A DNA stretch of 64,000 bases from NCBI GenBank assembly GCA_965222075.1, contig OZ244937.1, positions 4,544,001 to 4,608,000 on the forward strand, given 5' to 3'. This document shows, one piece after another, positions 20,396 through 30,764 of this stretch. Below the pieces are notes generated by a model. It was given only the letters and a program-made list of their open reading frames with translations. It searched no databases and had not been told where the DNA came from. Numbering within the stretch: the stretch's first letter is position 1; every line of letters begins with the position of its first letter. This stretch comes from Candidatus Latescibacterota bacterium. Its GTDB lineage: Bacteria; Latescibacterota; UBA2968; GCA-2709665. Position numbers and translations under genes: made by a program.

Positions 20396-21268
20396 TTATA
20401 ACTTATAATAGAGCACAGCGACCAGGGTCAGCAGCCAGAGGCCTCCGTTGATCACAAGCGAGGGATCGCCAAGGATCGTGGAGGAGGGGTTGCCGCCCTG
20501 GCCTTTTTTGTAGACCAGGTAGAGGTAGCGCAAAAGTCCGTAAATAACGAAAGGGACGGTGAGGTTAAGGTACTCCGTCCCCAGTTTCTGCATGACATCC
20601 GGGGACATGGTGTAGAGGGCATAGGAGACCAGGGCGCCTGAGGTAACGATGGCGATCATCTGGTCGAGAAACCGGGGGCTGTACTCTTTGAGGATGCAGC
20701 GGTGGTTGGCGGCGCCATCCTCTAAGAGGAGGAGTTCCTGCCGGCGTTTGACAAACCCGAGAAAGAGCGCAAGCAGCATGGTACAGAGAATAAACCAGGA
20801 CGAGATTTCCACGTTGATGACGAACGCCCCGCCGATGGCACGGAGGAGGAACCCGGCTGCGATGATCATCACATCTAAGATCACAACGTGTTTCAGGGAG
20901 ATGGAGTATACGAGGTTCAGCAGGGCGTAGGTCAGCGCGACCCAGCCGAACCGGGTGTCCAGCCAGAAGGCCCCCCCCAATGCGGCCAGGCCAACGATGC
21001 ACGCGGCTGCGGATGCGCCGGGAATGCTCAACTGCCCCGAAGCGATCGGACGGTGGCGCTTTTCCGGGTGCTGACGGTCGTTTTCCAGGTCCCGGATGTC
21101 GTTGAAAATGTAGACTGCGCCCGACAGGAAGCAGAAGAGGCCAAAGGTGATGCTGCTTCGGAAGACGTAGGCCGGGTCGAAGAGATGCCTGGAAAAGATC
21201 AGTGCGGCCATCACAAAGAGGTTTTTGGCCCACTGGTGGGGCCGCATGGCCAGAAGAAGCTGAAACAC
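20396..21268 (-). CDS. UbiA-family decaprenyl-phosphate phosphoribosyltransferase-like protein
   Basis: MRPHQWAKN, YIFNDIRDLENDRQHPEKRHRPIASG, LKHVVILDV, KRRQEL; multiple TM segments. Confidence 0.9.
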   Translation of the reverse strand: MFQLLLAMRPHQWAKNLFVMAALIFSRHLFDPAYVFRSSITFGLFCFLSGAVYIFNDIRDLENDRQHPEKRHRPIASGQLSIPGASAAACIVGLAALGGAFWLDTRFGWVALTYALLNLVYSISLKHVVILDVMIIAAGFLLRAIGGAFVINVEISSWFILCTMLLALFLGFVKRRQELLLLEDGAANHRCILKEYSPRFLDQMIAIVTSGALVSYALYTMSPDVMQKLGTEYLNLTVPFVIYGLLRYLYLVYKKGQGGNPSSTILGDPSLVINGGLWLLTLVAVLYYKL

Positions 21269-21331
21269 CGGGGAAATCCCCCCTGAGCTCCCCTTTGGAA
21301 GGGGGTGTATGGGTTCTCTTTTAAAGGAGGA

Positions 21332-24300
21332 CTAAATGGAGAACCCGAAGTAGATCCGCCGGTCGTCTACGGATATCGGGAGGGTGGGGTCGGTCCGATC
21401 CGGGATCACCTTGCGGGTGGGAAATGCGATTTGGAAATATCCAAATATGGGGAAGGCATAGTTGGAGAACATCTGCATCCGCAGTTCGAGCCCCCAGTCG
21501 GTGAGAAAAGCGGATCGCTTGAACTTGTTGTCGGAATCCAGAAGCGTTCGCAGGCTTTTAAAGTCTCCGGCCGCCCCAGTCTCGACGAAGAGGGTGCCGT
21601 AGATTTTGTCGAAGAAAAAGGGAGGCAGTTCCTTGTCGACCTTCTGAAAGATGGGGAACGTGAAGCTTGCCCGGCCGAAGAAGGCCTTGCCGCCCGAAAT
21701 CGAGAAGTAGGGATAGCCCCTGAGCGTTCCGAACCCGCCCAGATAGTAGCGCAGGGGGTAATAGAACGCCCCTTCGAATGTGCCGCCGTCCAGCTGCACT
21801 CTTTTGATGGGTTTGTCTTTGTATCCCATAAACGCCTGGAGAGCGAGGGTGGTACGCCCGGGGAGGGCGATGAACTCGTTCCAGGAGGCGATGTATTCAT
21901 TGATTCCCAGCTTCGCATTGTCTGCACGGTAGATGGTGGGGGACGGATCGGTATCGGTGGGATCGGGGATGTTGTCCTGGTTCAGGTCCTGAGAGAGCGC
22001 CAGGGAGTCGGTGATCGTGGCGTTAATCCGGCGGTACCTGAGCGTAATGGCGCGCCCGCCTGTGGGGTTGAGATAGTTGTCCTTTGCCGGTTTGAAGGTG
22101 TAGTAACGCCAGACGATCCCCAGATTGTTGCTCTTGAAGAAGGTGAGGTCCCGGTAGAGGAAATCGTCCATCACAACCCGGTCCTCCCCGGTGCCGGGGA
22201 TCTGATCGGTGATGTCCTTCAGGGCTCCGGTTTCTGCATCTGCCTGGAGGTAGCGGGTGCTATCCTGGAGCACCCGCGTGAGGTGAAGGTTCTCCGAATA
22301 GCGGCGGTGACCGAAGGAGAGGGTAACGGACTGGTTTCGGCCCACGCCGATATCGACTCCAACGCTGAAATCGGTGAATAGATGTTTGTAATCGTCTTCT
22401 TCGGTCAGGGAGAGGTTGGTGTGCTGCGTGGTACGCGGGATAATGACCTGCTGGGAGTCGATTACGGTGATGAGGGTGCCGCTGGTGGTATCCCGCTGGG
22501 TGGCGATCACGCCCCGGTCGATCAGGCTGTTGATGGTCTGCCGGCTGGTGCCGATAAAGAGCTGCGGACGATAGGATTTCAGTTCGGTATTGACGGACCC
22601 CAGACTTTTCTGGTAGGAGACAAATAGGTCGGAATTGAGGTCGGTCCTCCGTTTGAGGTTTTTGCCCAGGGTAAGACCGGTTACAAAGGTATCGCTTCCC
22701 AGCATATCCCCCCAGGCCATTTGCGCGCCGAAGCTGGCCTGATTCAGGCCGAATCGGTTGCCGACGAAGGTGGGGCCTAAGACCAGAATGGGCAGGACGC
22801 CGTAGGAGGTCAGGCGGGTGGAGTAGCGCCCCGTGTTGTAGAGTTTGCTCAGGTCCTCTCCGGTGTAGATGCTCCCGTAGTCCCGCGACAGGGTGTCCAC
22901 GGCAGCCACGGTGACGGCTGCGGACCGCCCGATGCGGTAGATGCTGTAGTTGGCATGGTGATACCCGGCGTAGAGGATGTCCTTCCCATCGGGGGAGACC
23001 GAGGGCGCAAAGGCCCCGCCGATTACGTTTGTGATCTGCTCCTGTCTGCCGGTTGTCAGGTCGTGGGTATAGAGGTTGAAGATGCCCGTCTGGTTGGAAC
23101 TGAAGAGGATACCGCTGCCGTCGGGCAGCCAGACCGGGTCCCGTTCGTCGGCCCCAGAACGGATGAGGGCTTCAAACCCGGCGTTGTTGGCATAGGCCAG
23201 GCTGTCGGGGAACGCTTTGAGGCTGTCTTCTAAGGCTTTCTGCCTTTGGGCGATGCGGATGCTGTCGGAGACGGCGCCCGTGCTGTCGGAGGCGGTCCTG
23301 GCGCTGTCCGCCGCCGATTGTTTGGATTTCTTTATTTTGTCCGATTTTGGTCTGATGTTTTTGGTCGCTTTTGCCCGCAGGGTGGCGGCGTCGGCGTTGA
23401 TGACCGCGATGTCCCGATCTTCTCCGCGGAAGACGCTGAAGAGAATCTTCTTACCGTCTGGAGACCACCGGGGGCCGTAGTACTGGGTGCCGTCATTGTG
23501 ATGGGTCAAAAAACGTCTGTTCGTTCCGTCGATGTTGACGAGGCCGAGGCTGTTGGTGCCGTCCCTATTGTAGACGTACGCGATCTGTTTCCCATCGGGA
23601 GATACGGCCGGGTCTCTGCCCCTCAGCCCGACGGTGAAACGCCGCTCTTTTTTCGTGTTCAGGTCGTAGGTAAAGATGTCCCACCGCCCCCCGGGCGTTT
23701 TGTTGTAGACCAGTTTGCCTCCGTCGGGCGTCCAGGAGAAGCGGTTGTCCGCATATTTGCCGTACTTCCTCCCCTGTGCGACCTTCTTCACCTTCCGTGT
23801 GGCCAGGTCCATGACCATCAGCTTGGTCAGCGAGTTGTAGTCGCTGCCGTCGTTGCTGAGGAAGGCCATTTTCGTGCCGTCGGGGGAGTAAACCGGGTGG
23901 TATTCCATGGAGCCCCCGTCGTAGATGCGTTCTCCTTCCCGTTCGCCCGCCGCGCGGATCGAATCGGCCAGGGCGCCGTAGGTCGCGTTGAGGTGTTCGG
24001 ACCACTCCCGGTAGAGCTGGTTGGCCGAAATGCCCAGGCTCTTTTTGACGGCCGATTTGAAATTGACGATCGGCTGCTTTTCGACCATGGCCCGCACGGC
24101 CGCTTCCCCATACGTTTCTTCTACATAGTTTAGAAGGGCGAAGCCCTGGTTGTAGACCATCTCGGCGTGGAAGCTGTCTTTGCCGCGTAAGTAGCCCATG
24201 TTGGTATAAGAGTGCCTGTCGTCTTCCAGCGTTGCCATACGCAGCAGCATGTCCCGGTGGGTGTCCCAGAAGTCGCCCCCGTTTTTTCGGGACTCGTACT

Positions 24301-24964
24301 GCGCGATGCCTTCCGAAAACCAGTTCGGGACGGCCATGTGGTAGATGGGAAACGAGAAAATGAAGTCGGGGTTCTGGTTGGACCGGCTGGTACTGATAAT
24401 TCCGAACATAAAAGGCAGGCTGGTATGGGCCGCCTTGAGCGTGATATGGTGCGTCAGTTCGTGGGTAAACACGTCCCGGATCCAGTCTTTCGTTCCCCGC
24501 GTATCGAAGGCCGCTGGCGTGGACCAGAACACGATAAAGTTATACCAATATGCCGAGTAGGCATTGCCCAGGTAATCGACGCTGTCGTCTACATAGACGT
24601 GAACGGGGGCGAAGCGATCAATTGAGGTGGGATAATGTTTGGAAATCTCTTCGAAGACCTCATCGCCGATTTCGGCGATCCGCCGGGCGGTGTGTTCGGC
24701 GCTTGTGAAGTAGATCGCGAAGTACTTGGTGCGGATGGTCCGGGCGTACGGGCCTGTCAACCCAAGCAGGGTGGGGAAGAAGGTGTTTTTCTCCGGTTCC
24801 CATTTGTACTTGGGCTCGGGGCGGTTGAAGGGGATATCGGCCAGGTCGGTGACGGGCTTGATTTTGTTGACGAGGAACTGGGCTGCGGCCCGGCCCGGCA
24901 GTCCGGCCGTATGGAGCGTGCTGAGGAGCAACGCCAACACTGCAAAAAATTTTAGACGGTTCAC
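21332..24964 (-). CDS. Omp85/BamA-TamA family outer membrane protein with N-terminal zinc-peptidase-like domain and PD40/TolB propeller
   Basis: Signal peptide; HELTH...WFSEGIAQY; repeated (W/Y)SPDG motifs; C-terminal YYLGGFGTLRGY and RIYFGFSI. Confidence 0.8.
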   Translation of the reverse strand: MNRLKFFAVLALLLSTLHTAGLPGRAAAQFLVNKIKPVTDLADIPFNRPEPKYKWEPEKNTFFPTLLGLTGPYARTIRTKYFAIYFTSAEHTARRIAEIGDEVFEEISKHYPTSIDRFAPVHVYVDDSVDYLGNAYSAYWYNFIVFWSTPAAFDTRGTKDWIRDVFTHELTHHITLKAAHTSLPFMFGIISTSRSNQNPDFIFSFPIYHMAVPNWFSEGIAQYESRKNGGDFWDTHRDMLLRMATLEDDRHSYTNMGYLRGKDSFHAEMVYNQGFALLNYVEETYGEAAVRAMVEKQPIVNFKSAVKKSLGISANQLYREWSEHLNATYGALADSIRAAGEREGERIYDGGSMEYHPVYSPDGTKMAFLSNDGSDYNSLTKLMVMDLATRKVKKVAQGRKYGKYADNRFSWTPDGGKLVYNKTPGGRWDIFTYDLNTKKERRFTVGLRGRDPAVSPDGKQIAYVYNRDGTNSLGLVNIDGTNRRFLTHHNDGTQYYGPRWSPDGKKILFSVFRGEDRDIAVINADAATLRAKATKNIRPKSDKIKKSKQSAADSARTASDSTGAVSDSIRIAQRQKALEDSLKAFPDSLAYANNAGFEALIRSGADERDPVWLPDGSGILFSSNQTGIFNLYTHDLTTGRQEQITNVIGGAFAPSVSPDGKDILYAGYHHANYSIYRIGRSAAVTVAAVDTLSRDYGSIYTGEDLSKLYNTGRYSTRLTSYGVLPILVLGPTFVGNRFGLNQASFGAQMAWGDMLGSDTFVTGLTLGKNLKRRTDLNSDLFVSYQKSLGSVNTELKSYRPQLFIGTSRQTINSLIDRGVIATQRDTTSGTLITVIDSQQVIIPRTTQHTNLSLTEEDDYKHLFTDFSVGVDIGVGRNQSVTLSFGHRRYSENLHLTRVLQDSTRYLQADAETGALKDITDQIPGTGEDRVVMDDFLYRDLTFFKSNNLGIVWRYYTFKPAKDNYLNPTGGRAITLRYRRINATITDSLALSQDLNQDNIPDPTDTDPSPTIYRADNAKLGINEYIASWNEFIALPGRTTLALQAFMGYKDKPIKRVQLDGGTFEGAFYYPLRYYLGGFGTLRGYPYFSISGGKAFFGRASFTFPIFQKVDKELPPFFFDKIYGTLFVETGAAGDFKSLRTLLDSDNKFKRSAFLTDWGLELRMQMFSNYAFPIFGYFQIAFPTRKVIPDRTDPTLPISVDDRRIYFGFSI

Positions 24965-25058
24965 TGCGCTTCCCTCATTTTATGGGTTTCACGTTTCCGG
25001 CTTCTACGATGAAAAATATACCATAGGTTCACCAAAAATTCAAGGTCAGGTGAACGGT

Positions 25059-26051
25059 CTATTCCATAACCGGCTCTTTCTGCCTCGTTCTGAGGATGCA
25101 GGCAACGCTGTGTCTTCCACCGATGTCGAGGAGGTCGGGGACGACGCGGGTGCAGGCCTCCTCCCGTTCGGGACAGCGGGGATGAAAGGGGCATCCGGGC
25201 GGTACGTTGGCGGGACTGGGGACGTCGCCCGGAAGCACGGTCCGCTGCCTTTTGACCCGGGGATCGGGAATGGGCACCGCAGAGAGCAGCGCCCGGGTGT
25301 AGGGGTGCTGCGGGTTTGCGTACAGGGCCTGGCTGTCTGCGATTTCGACAATGCGCCCCAGGTACATGACGGCCACCCGGTTAGAGATGTGCTCCACCAC
25401 GCTTAGGTCGTGGGCCACAAAGAGGTAGGTGAGCCCGAACCGGGCCTGGAGGTCCTGAAGCAGGTTGATGATCTGGGCCTGGATGGAGACATCGAGCGCC
25501 GAGACGGGTTCATCGGCTACGATAAACCGGGGGTTGACCGCGAGCGCCCGGGCGATGCCGATGCGCTGGCGCTGTCCGCCGGAAAATTCGTGCGGGTAGC
25601 GGCGGGCGTAGTCCGGCCTGAGGCCCACGGTTTCCAAGAGGTCGGCCACGCGGTTGTGGAGGTCATTCCCGTTTGCCAGCTTGTGGATTTTTAACGCTTC
25701 TGTGAGCATTCCTCCTACGGTCATCCGGGGGTTGAGGGAACTGTAGGGGTCCTGGAAGATGATCTGTATCTGGCGCCGCATGGCCCGGAGGTCCTTCCGT
25801 TTAAGCGTAAGCACATCAACGCCGTTAAAGCGGACCTGGCCTTCTGTGGCTTCGATCAGGCGGAGGATGGTTCTGCCCGCGGTGGTTTTCCCACACCCGG
25901 ACTCGCCCACCAGGCCGAGGGTTTCCCCCTCCTGGATGGTCAGGGAGACGCCGTCTACGGCTTTGACCTGCCCCACGGTCCGGGAAAAAATGCCCCGGGT
26001 GATGGGGAAGTATTTCTTGAGGTTGCGGACTTCCAGAAGCGGTTGGGACAT
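25059..26051 (-). CDS. oppF: Oligopeptide/dipeptide ABC ATP-binding protein (OppF type)
   Basis: [35 protein letters not shown]-terminal Cys cluster. Confidence 0.92.
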   Translation of the reverse strand: MSQPLLEVRNLKKYFPITRGIFSRTVGQVKAVDGVSLTIQEGETLGLVGESGCGKTTAGRTILRLIEATEGQVRFNGVDVLTLKRKDLRAMRRQIQIIFQDPYSSLNPRMTVGGMLTEALKIHKLANGNDLHNRVADLLETVGLRPDYARRYPHEFSGGQRQRIGIARALAVNPRFIVADEPVSALDVSIQAQIINLLQDLQARFGLTYLFVAHDLSVVEHISNRVAVMYLGRIVEIADSQALYANPQHPYTRALLSAVPIPDPRVKRQRTVLPGDVPSPANVPPGCPFHPRCPEREEACTRVVPDLLDIGGRHSVACILRTRQKEPVME

Positions 26052-26053
26052 GC

Positions 26054-27055
26054 TCAGGTCGATTCGGCAACGGGTGAAGCGGGATATCCTTCCGCCATCC
26101 AGCATGCCACGGCGTGTCCCCCGTTGATTTGCAGCAAGGCCGGTTCCTGTTCCCGACAGATGGCCCCGGCATTTGGGCAGCGGGGGGAAAAGCGACAGGC
26201 TTCCGGGAAGTGGACGGCGTCGGGCACGGTGCCGGGGATGACCGAGAGGCGTTCTTTCTGTTCGTTCAGTTTGGGCACCGAGGCCAGAAGCCCCCGGGTG
26301 TAAGGATGCCTGGGATCGGTAAAGATTTCCTCCACGCCTCCGGTTTCCACGATTTTTCCGGCGTACATGACCGCCACCCGGTCTGCGACTTCGGCGATGA
26401 TGCCCAGGTCGTGGGTGATCATCAGGACGGCCATCCCGAAATCCTGCTGGAGCTGTTCTAAGAGTTCCAGGATCTGGGCCTGGATGGTTACGTCCAAGGC
26501 GGTGGTCGGCTCGTCGGCGATGAGGATGTCGGGGGTGCAGGAGAGGGCCATGGCGATCATGACCCGCTGGCGCATGCCGCCCGAGAGATGGTGGGGGTAC
26601 TCATTCGCCCGCCGGGCCGGGTCGGGAATGCCTACCTTCTGGAGCATGTCCACGGTTTTTTCCCGGGCGGCCGCTCTGCCGAGGCCCTGGTGGCGCACGA
26701 CAGCCTCGTCAATCTGGCTTCCGCAGGTGAAAACCGGGTTGAGGCTGGTCATGGGCTCCTGGAAGATCATGGCGATGTCGTTGCCCCGCACATCGCGCAT
26801 GTCGTTCTCGCTCAGGCTTAAGAGGTCGCGCCCTTCGAAGCGGATTGCGCCCGATACGATTTTGCCCGGGGGCTGGGGGACGAGGCGCATCATGGAGAGG
26901 GAAGTGACGCTTTTTCCACATCCCGACTCTCCCACCAATCCCAGGGTTTCCCCTTTTTGAAGGGTGAACGACACGCCGTCCACCGCCTGGGCCACGCCGA
27001 CGTGAGTATAGAAGTAAGTTTTTAATTTTTGGACTTTTAGAAGAAATTCCGACAT
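26054..27055 (-). CDS. oppD: Oligopeptide/dipeptide ABC ATP-binding protein (OppD type)
   Basis: [37 protein letters not shown]. Confidence 0.92.
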   Translation of the reverse strand: MSEFLLKVQKLKTYFYTHVGVAQAVDGVSFTLQKGETLGLVGESGCGKSVTSLSMMRLVPQPPGKIVSGAIRFEGRDLLSLSENDMRDVRGNDIAMIFQEPMTSLNPVFTCGSQIDEAVVRHQGLGRAAAREKTVDMLQKVGIPDPARRANEYPHHLSGGMRQRVMIAMALSCTPDILIADEPTTALDVTIQAQILELLEQLQQDFGMAVLMITHDLGIIAEVADRVAVMYAGKIVETGGVEEIFTDPRHPYTRGLLASVPKLNEQKERLSVIPGTVPDAVHFPEACRFSPRCPNAGAICREQEPALLQINGGHAVACWMAEGYPASPVAEST

Positions 27056-27185
27056 AGATCTCCGTCGAATTTTTCACCGGACTCTACGACATTGTTAGTT
27101 GGACTCCCGGCACCCCTGTTGCGTTCCCTTTTTGATCCTTCAAACGTGTTCTCGCTTCCCACTTCACGTTTCTCGTTTCACAGTT

Positions 27186-27920
27186 TTAGAAGAAGGGCAG
27201 GTTGAGGTTCAGCCAGTCTTCTAAGAGAAAGCCGACCCGGCCGATGAGGAGGGAGAGACGGGCCATAATCGTATATCCGAACGATGCGCCGAAGGAGACC
27301 ATCAGGAACCAGATGCCGACTCTGGAGGCGGCCCCGATGGCACCGGTGTGTTCGACTGAGAAGAAGAAGTAGATCAGGACTGTTACCACACCGATGAGGA
27401 TGATCAGCAGGTTCAGGCCCTCCAGGCTCCAGCTCAAGGGCTTGAGGGTCGGCTCGATCTGGGCCAGGAGGGCGGCGGAGATGATCCTGGGAATGCTGAA
27501 GCCGGCCCCCAGCCCCACGAAGAAGGCGAACGCGGTCCGGCTGGGCCACCCGAACCTCCGGGAGAATCGGGTAAGCATCAGGATGCCCAGCAGGGTAGGG
27601 ACGATCAGCCACCAGTCGATTGTTCCGGAGGCATCCACGCTGAGGCCGAAAAACGTGGCGATAATTTCGCCATACAGCGTTGGGTACCATACCTGACCGA
27701 AGGTGTAGCCCGCTGCAATGCCCACGTAGACGTGTTCGGCAAATTTGAACAGCGGGTTGTCCCTGTAAAGGAAGCTGTAGAGGGCCAGCGTGAGTCCTGC
27801 AGCCACAATAACGCCGAGGCCCTCCCAGTTCGCCGTGAGGGCGCCGGTGATCAGCAGGAGACCGTTGACGAGGACCAGGAAGAGGATAAAGCCCAGGAAG
27901 AGGACGGTGTCGCGGTTCAT
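27186..27920 (-). CDS. Hypothetical polytopic membrane protein
   Basis: About 7 hydrophobic segments; YSFLYRDNPLFKFAEH and FLMVSFGASFGYTIMARLSLLIGR; overlaps the upstream gene. Confidence 0.85.
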   Translation of the reverse strand: MNRDTVLFLGFILFLVLVNGLLLITGALTANWEGLGVIVAAGLTLALYSFLYRDNPLFKFAEHVYVGIAAGYTFGQVWYPTLYGEIIATFFGLSVDASGTIDWWLIVPTLLGILMLTRFSRRFGWPSRTAFAFFVGLGAGFSIPRIISAALLAQIEPTLKPLSWSLEGLNLLIILIGVVTVLIYFFFSVEHTGAIGAASRVGIWFLMVSFGASFGYTIMARLSLLIGRVGFLLEDWLNLNLPFF

Positions 27921-28768
27921 GGCCGGGCCCTCCCGGATGGATTGCCGGACCTGGAGGACCGGCGTTGGAGAAAGTACATGAGGTTGCCCAGTATAATAAA
28001 GAGAATGATGACAAGATGGGTGACCGACTGCGGCCGCATCCCGGTGGTGGCCGTTCCAGTCCGTTTGACCAGCGCTTCATACTCGGCCGCGCCGGCCAGG
28101 CCGCCAACGAGGCCCACAAGCTGCTTTGACTGGAGGTAGGGGAAGAGGTCGGGTGCGATGACTGCGGTGCATCCGGCGCCCAGCGGGAATTTGTACTTTT
28201 CCTGGCCGTAGGGAATCCAGATGCCGTCGATCGTGGCTCCGGCCGCGAAGTCGAACACAAAGCCGAAGTCCTTCAGCGTGCGCAGGTTCCGGGTGACCGC
28301 CAGGCTGTCCGTGCGGGCACCTGTGAAATCCCGGGGGAAGGCGCTGTGGAGGTCCTGGCCCATATTGATCACGACGCTGGCTCCCCCCGGTTTGTATCCC
28401 ATAAAAGCGTAGTCAACGCCGGAAGTCTTGCCGAACTCTTTTGCGGCCGTTTCCAGGGCCTTCTGTGCCAGGCCGGGGGCGTCGGGCCAGAGGCAGACGG
28501 CCACGACTTTGACGTTGCGGCTGAAGCAGTGGCGCAGCAACGCGAGGGCCATCGGCTGGAGCTCGGGTTCGGACCCCGGGCCGTAGTCGAAAGCGAGGAG
28601 CGCAGTGCCGCCATCATCGGCCGTTCGCTCGATTTCCCGGTAGACCGCCCGGACGGTGGAGGTCGGCTTGATGGGGAACGTGAATTCGGCCAGCAGGGGG
28701 ATGAGAACCCCCAGAAAGACGAAGACAAAGATGATGCGACGGTCCAGGTTCATCAGACGTTCGGTCAT
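27917..28768 (-). CDS. Hypothetical membrane-anchored protein (TM, alpha/beta domain, TM)
   Basis: N- and C-terminal TM helices; DYGPGSEPEL and GLVGGLAGAAEYE; ATGA-coupled on both sides. Confidence 0.85.
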   Translation of the reverse strand: MTERLMNLDRRIIFVFVFLGVLIPLLAEFTFPIKPTSTVRAVYREIERTADDGGTALLAFDYGPGSEPELQPMALALLRHCFSRNVKVVAVCLWPDAPGLAQKALETAAKEFGKTSGVDYAFMGYKPGGASVVINMGQDLHSAFPRDFTGARTDSLAVTRNLRTLKDFGFVFDFAAGATIDGIWIPYGQEKYKFPLGAGCTAVIAPDLFPYLQSKQLVGLVGGLAGAAEYEALVKRTGTATTGMRPQSVTHLVIILFIILGNLMYFLQRRSSRSGNPSGRARP

Positions 28769-29421
28769 TCCTCACCTCCTCCGATATAGGCACGCTCGAT
28801 GCCTAAAATGATCCGCAGGGAGGTGGCGATGGCCCCCAGGCTCACGCCCAGGAGAATGCCCCGCTTGGCGGCCAGGTTGGGAACAGCCATCAGCCACTGG
28901 GATGCCTGGGGGATGAGATCGGAGATAAAGGCCCCGATGGGCACGCGCCCCAGCATAACTACCACGGCCGCGACCAGGAGGATAGCCGCCTCGGGGGTGC
29001 GCGCCCGGAAGGTCCGGTAGGCCGCCGAGGCGATGAAGAAGGCCAGGATGGAGAACATGGTGGCGCCGGCGGGCACCTGCACGTGGAGGAAAAGCCACTG
29101 ATAGCCCCCTGTTTTCGCCTGGGCGCTGAAGGGGCCGTGTCCGTCGTTGTAGAGGACAAAGAAGAACATCAGGGCGAAGCTGATGTAGACGATGAGGCTG
29201 TAGCCCCACCCGGCCTGACGGCGGCGGATATGCCCCCAGTGGAGGTTGAGCAGGCTGAAGAGGCCCAGAAAAAAGGCGAAGGCAAATACGATCCGCAGCC
29301 AGAGGGAGAGTGTTTTCTCCAGGTTTTGGGCATCGGCGTGGGGGATGTAGTAGATGGCAATGCCGATGATTCCAAAAACAAAGGCGATGATCAGCGGAAG
29401 GGTGCGTCTTAAGAAGAGCAT
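28765..29421 (-). CDS. Hypothetical polytopic membrane protein
   Basis: About 6 TM segments; ATMFSILAFFIASAAYRTFRART and AKRGILLGVSLG. Confidence 0.85.
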   Translation of the reverse strand: MLFLRRTLPLIIAFVFGIIGIAIYYIPHADAQNLEKTLSLWLRIVFAFAFFLGLFSLLNLHWGHIRRRQAGWGYSLIVYISFALMFFFVLYNDGHGPFSAQAKTGGYQWLFLHVQVPAGATMFSILAFFIASAAYRTFRARTPEAAILLVAAVVVMLGRVPIGAFISDLIPQASQWLMAVPNLAAKRGILLGVSLGAIATSLRIILGIERAYIGGGEE

Positions 29422-29431
29422 AGGCCCCTCC

Positions 29432-30649
29432 TTATGATGGTGTGAACATATAGGTTAGAATGGGGTATCCAAACGTGGCCGCCAGCGTGCCCACGATCAA
29501 TACGAAAAGCAGAATGGTCTTGCCAACATCCTGTCCTTTGAGGCTTCCCAGCAGCTTGGGCTCGCGCGCCAGGTAGGCGCTGGCCGCGTAGAGTTCCTCT
29601 CCCATCAGGGTGTAGTCGCAGGTGGTGACAAAGAAGGGAAGTTGGGTGTAGGAGTCGGTGCCGGCGATCTGGATGGCCCCAATGGAGGCTCCGGTTTCGG
29701 CCAGGAGCAGGGACTCGGCGTAGAAGTAGCCCATCATGATGTTCGTCGCAGGACGCTCACGGACCATCATGCCCTCCACAGCGGCCGCATAGCTGAACTG
29801 GTCTGTGGCGGCTAAGAAGACGCTGTCGGGGTTGAAGGCGTCCGGTCGGCCTGCATCCAGATAGGCCTCTTTGACCACCTCCTGGCTTACGGCCATCACC
29901 ACAGGATCGTAGTTGGCCACCCGCAGGACGGTGTCGTATTCGGCGGTTCTGTGGGCGACCTGTCCCAGGATGTTTACGGCCGCGATGGTCGAGACGCTAT
30001 CCATGCCGGCCAGGCCGTGGGCAAAGAGCACGGGTTTGCCCATTTCGGTGGCCCGGCCCAGGGCCTCGTCCAGGGCTTCTAAGCCGGCGATACGACGGAT
30101 GTAGAGATCCCTGCGCCTGGCCAGGGCGATATAGACCAGGATGATGATGGAGAAGACAGTACCCAGGATAAAGTTGTTCAGTTTCGCCCAGTTGAAGAGG
30201 TTGCCGTAGGCCTGGGCCTGGACGACCGTTGTGCCCTCGGCGACCGCCTCTGCTATCTGTACGTCAATTCGGGCGTAGTAGGACTTTTTGTCTTTAAGGG
30301 AGACCTTCCGGGGTTCTTCTCCCGGAATCGTATACCCGCCGAAGTGTACGAAGTGATAGTTGCTGTTTTCCGCCTTATGGCCGAAGGTGGCCGGATCGTC
30401 GGACATCAGGTTGCCCGCTGCATCGACCTCGGCCGCGGGATAGAACAGGCCTTCCCGGGACTCGGCGACCAGAATCCGGTAGACCGTCCCCGGAGGTGCC
30501 GAGCCGGACCGGGGCCAGGTGAGGGTGATGCTTTTGCCCGCATCGTTGGGGGTGTCGAAGGCCCTGACTTCAGCAGGGGAAGACACCTGCTGGGCGGCGG
30601 CTTCGACGGTTCCCACAAGGAGCGCCAGGGAGAGGGTGAGGTATTTCAT
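29432..30649 (-). CDS. DUF6754-like membrane protein with N-terminal FnIII-like exported domain
   Basis: Signal peptide after an AGGAGG-like RBS; DTPNDAGKSITLTW; TM; IRRIAGLEALDEALGRATEMGKP...CDYTLMGEELYAASAYL; terminal TM. Confidence 0.8.
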   Translation of the reverse strand: MKYLTLSLALLVGTVEAAAQQVSSPAEVRAFDTPNDAGKSITLTWPRSGSAPPGTVYRILVAESREGLFYPAAEVDAAGNLMSDDPATFGHKAENSNYHFVHFGGYTIPGEEPRKVSLKDKKSYYARIDVQIAEAVAEGTTVVQAQAYGNLFNWAKLNNFILGTVFSIIILVYIALARRRDLYIRRIAGLEALDEALGRATEMGKPVLFAHGLAGMDSVSTIAAVNILGQVAHRTAEYDTVLRVANYDPVVMAVSQEVVKEAYLDAGRPDAFNPDSVFLAATDQFSYAAAVEGMMVRERPATNIMMGYFYAESLLLAETGASIGAIQIAGTDSYTQLPFFVTTCDYTLMGEELYAASAYLAREPKLLGSLKGQDVGKTILLFVLIVGTLAATFGYPILTYMFTPS

Positions 30650-30663
30650 TTTATGCCTCCAGA

Positions 30664-30751
30664 CCCCTCTCCGATGCGGAGAGGGGAGAAAACGGGGCTT
30701 CCAAAAAGCAAGGTGGAGAGCCCTGCTCCCCCTTCCCTGCAGGGAAGGGGG
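30664..30751. repeat. Pair of GC-rich REP-like hairpins
   Basis: cccctctccg-atg-cggagagggg (30664-30686) and cccccttccct-gc-agggaaggggg (30728-30751), both with perfect stems. Confidence 0.7.
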
Positions 30752-30764
30752 CCGGGGGGGTAGG

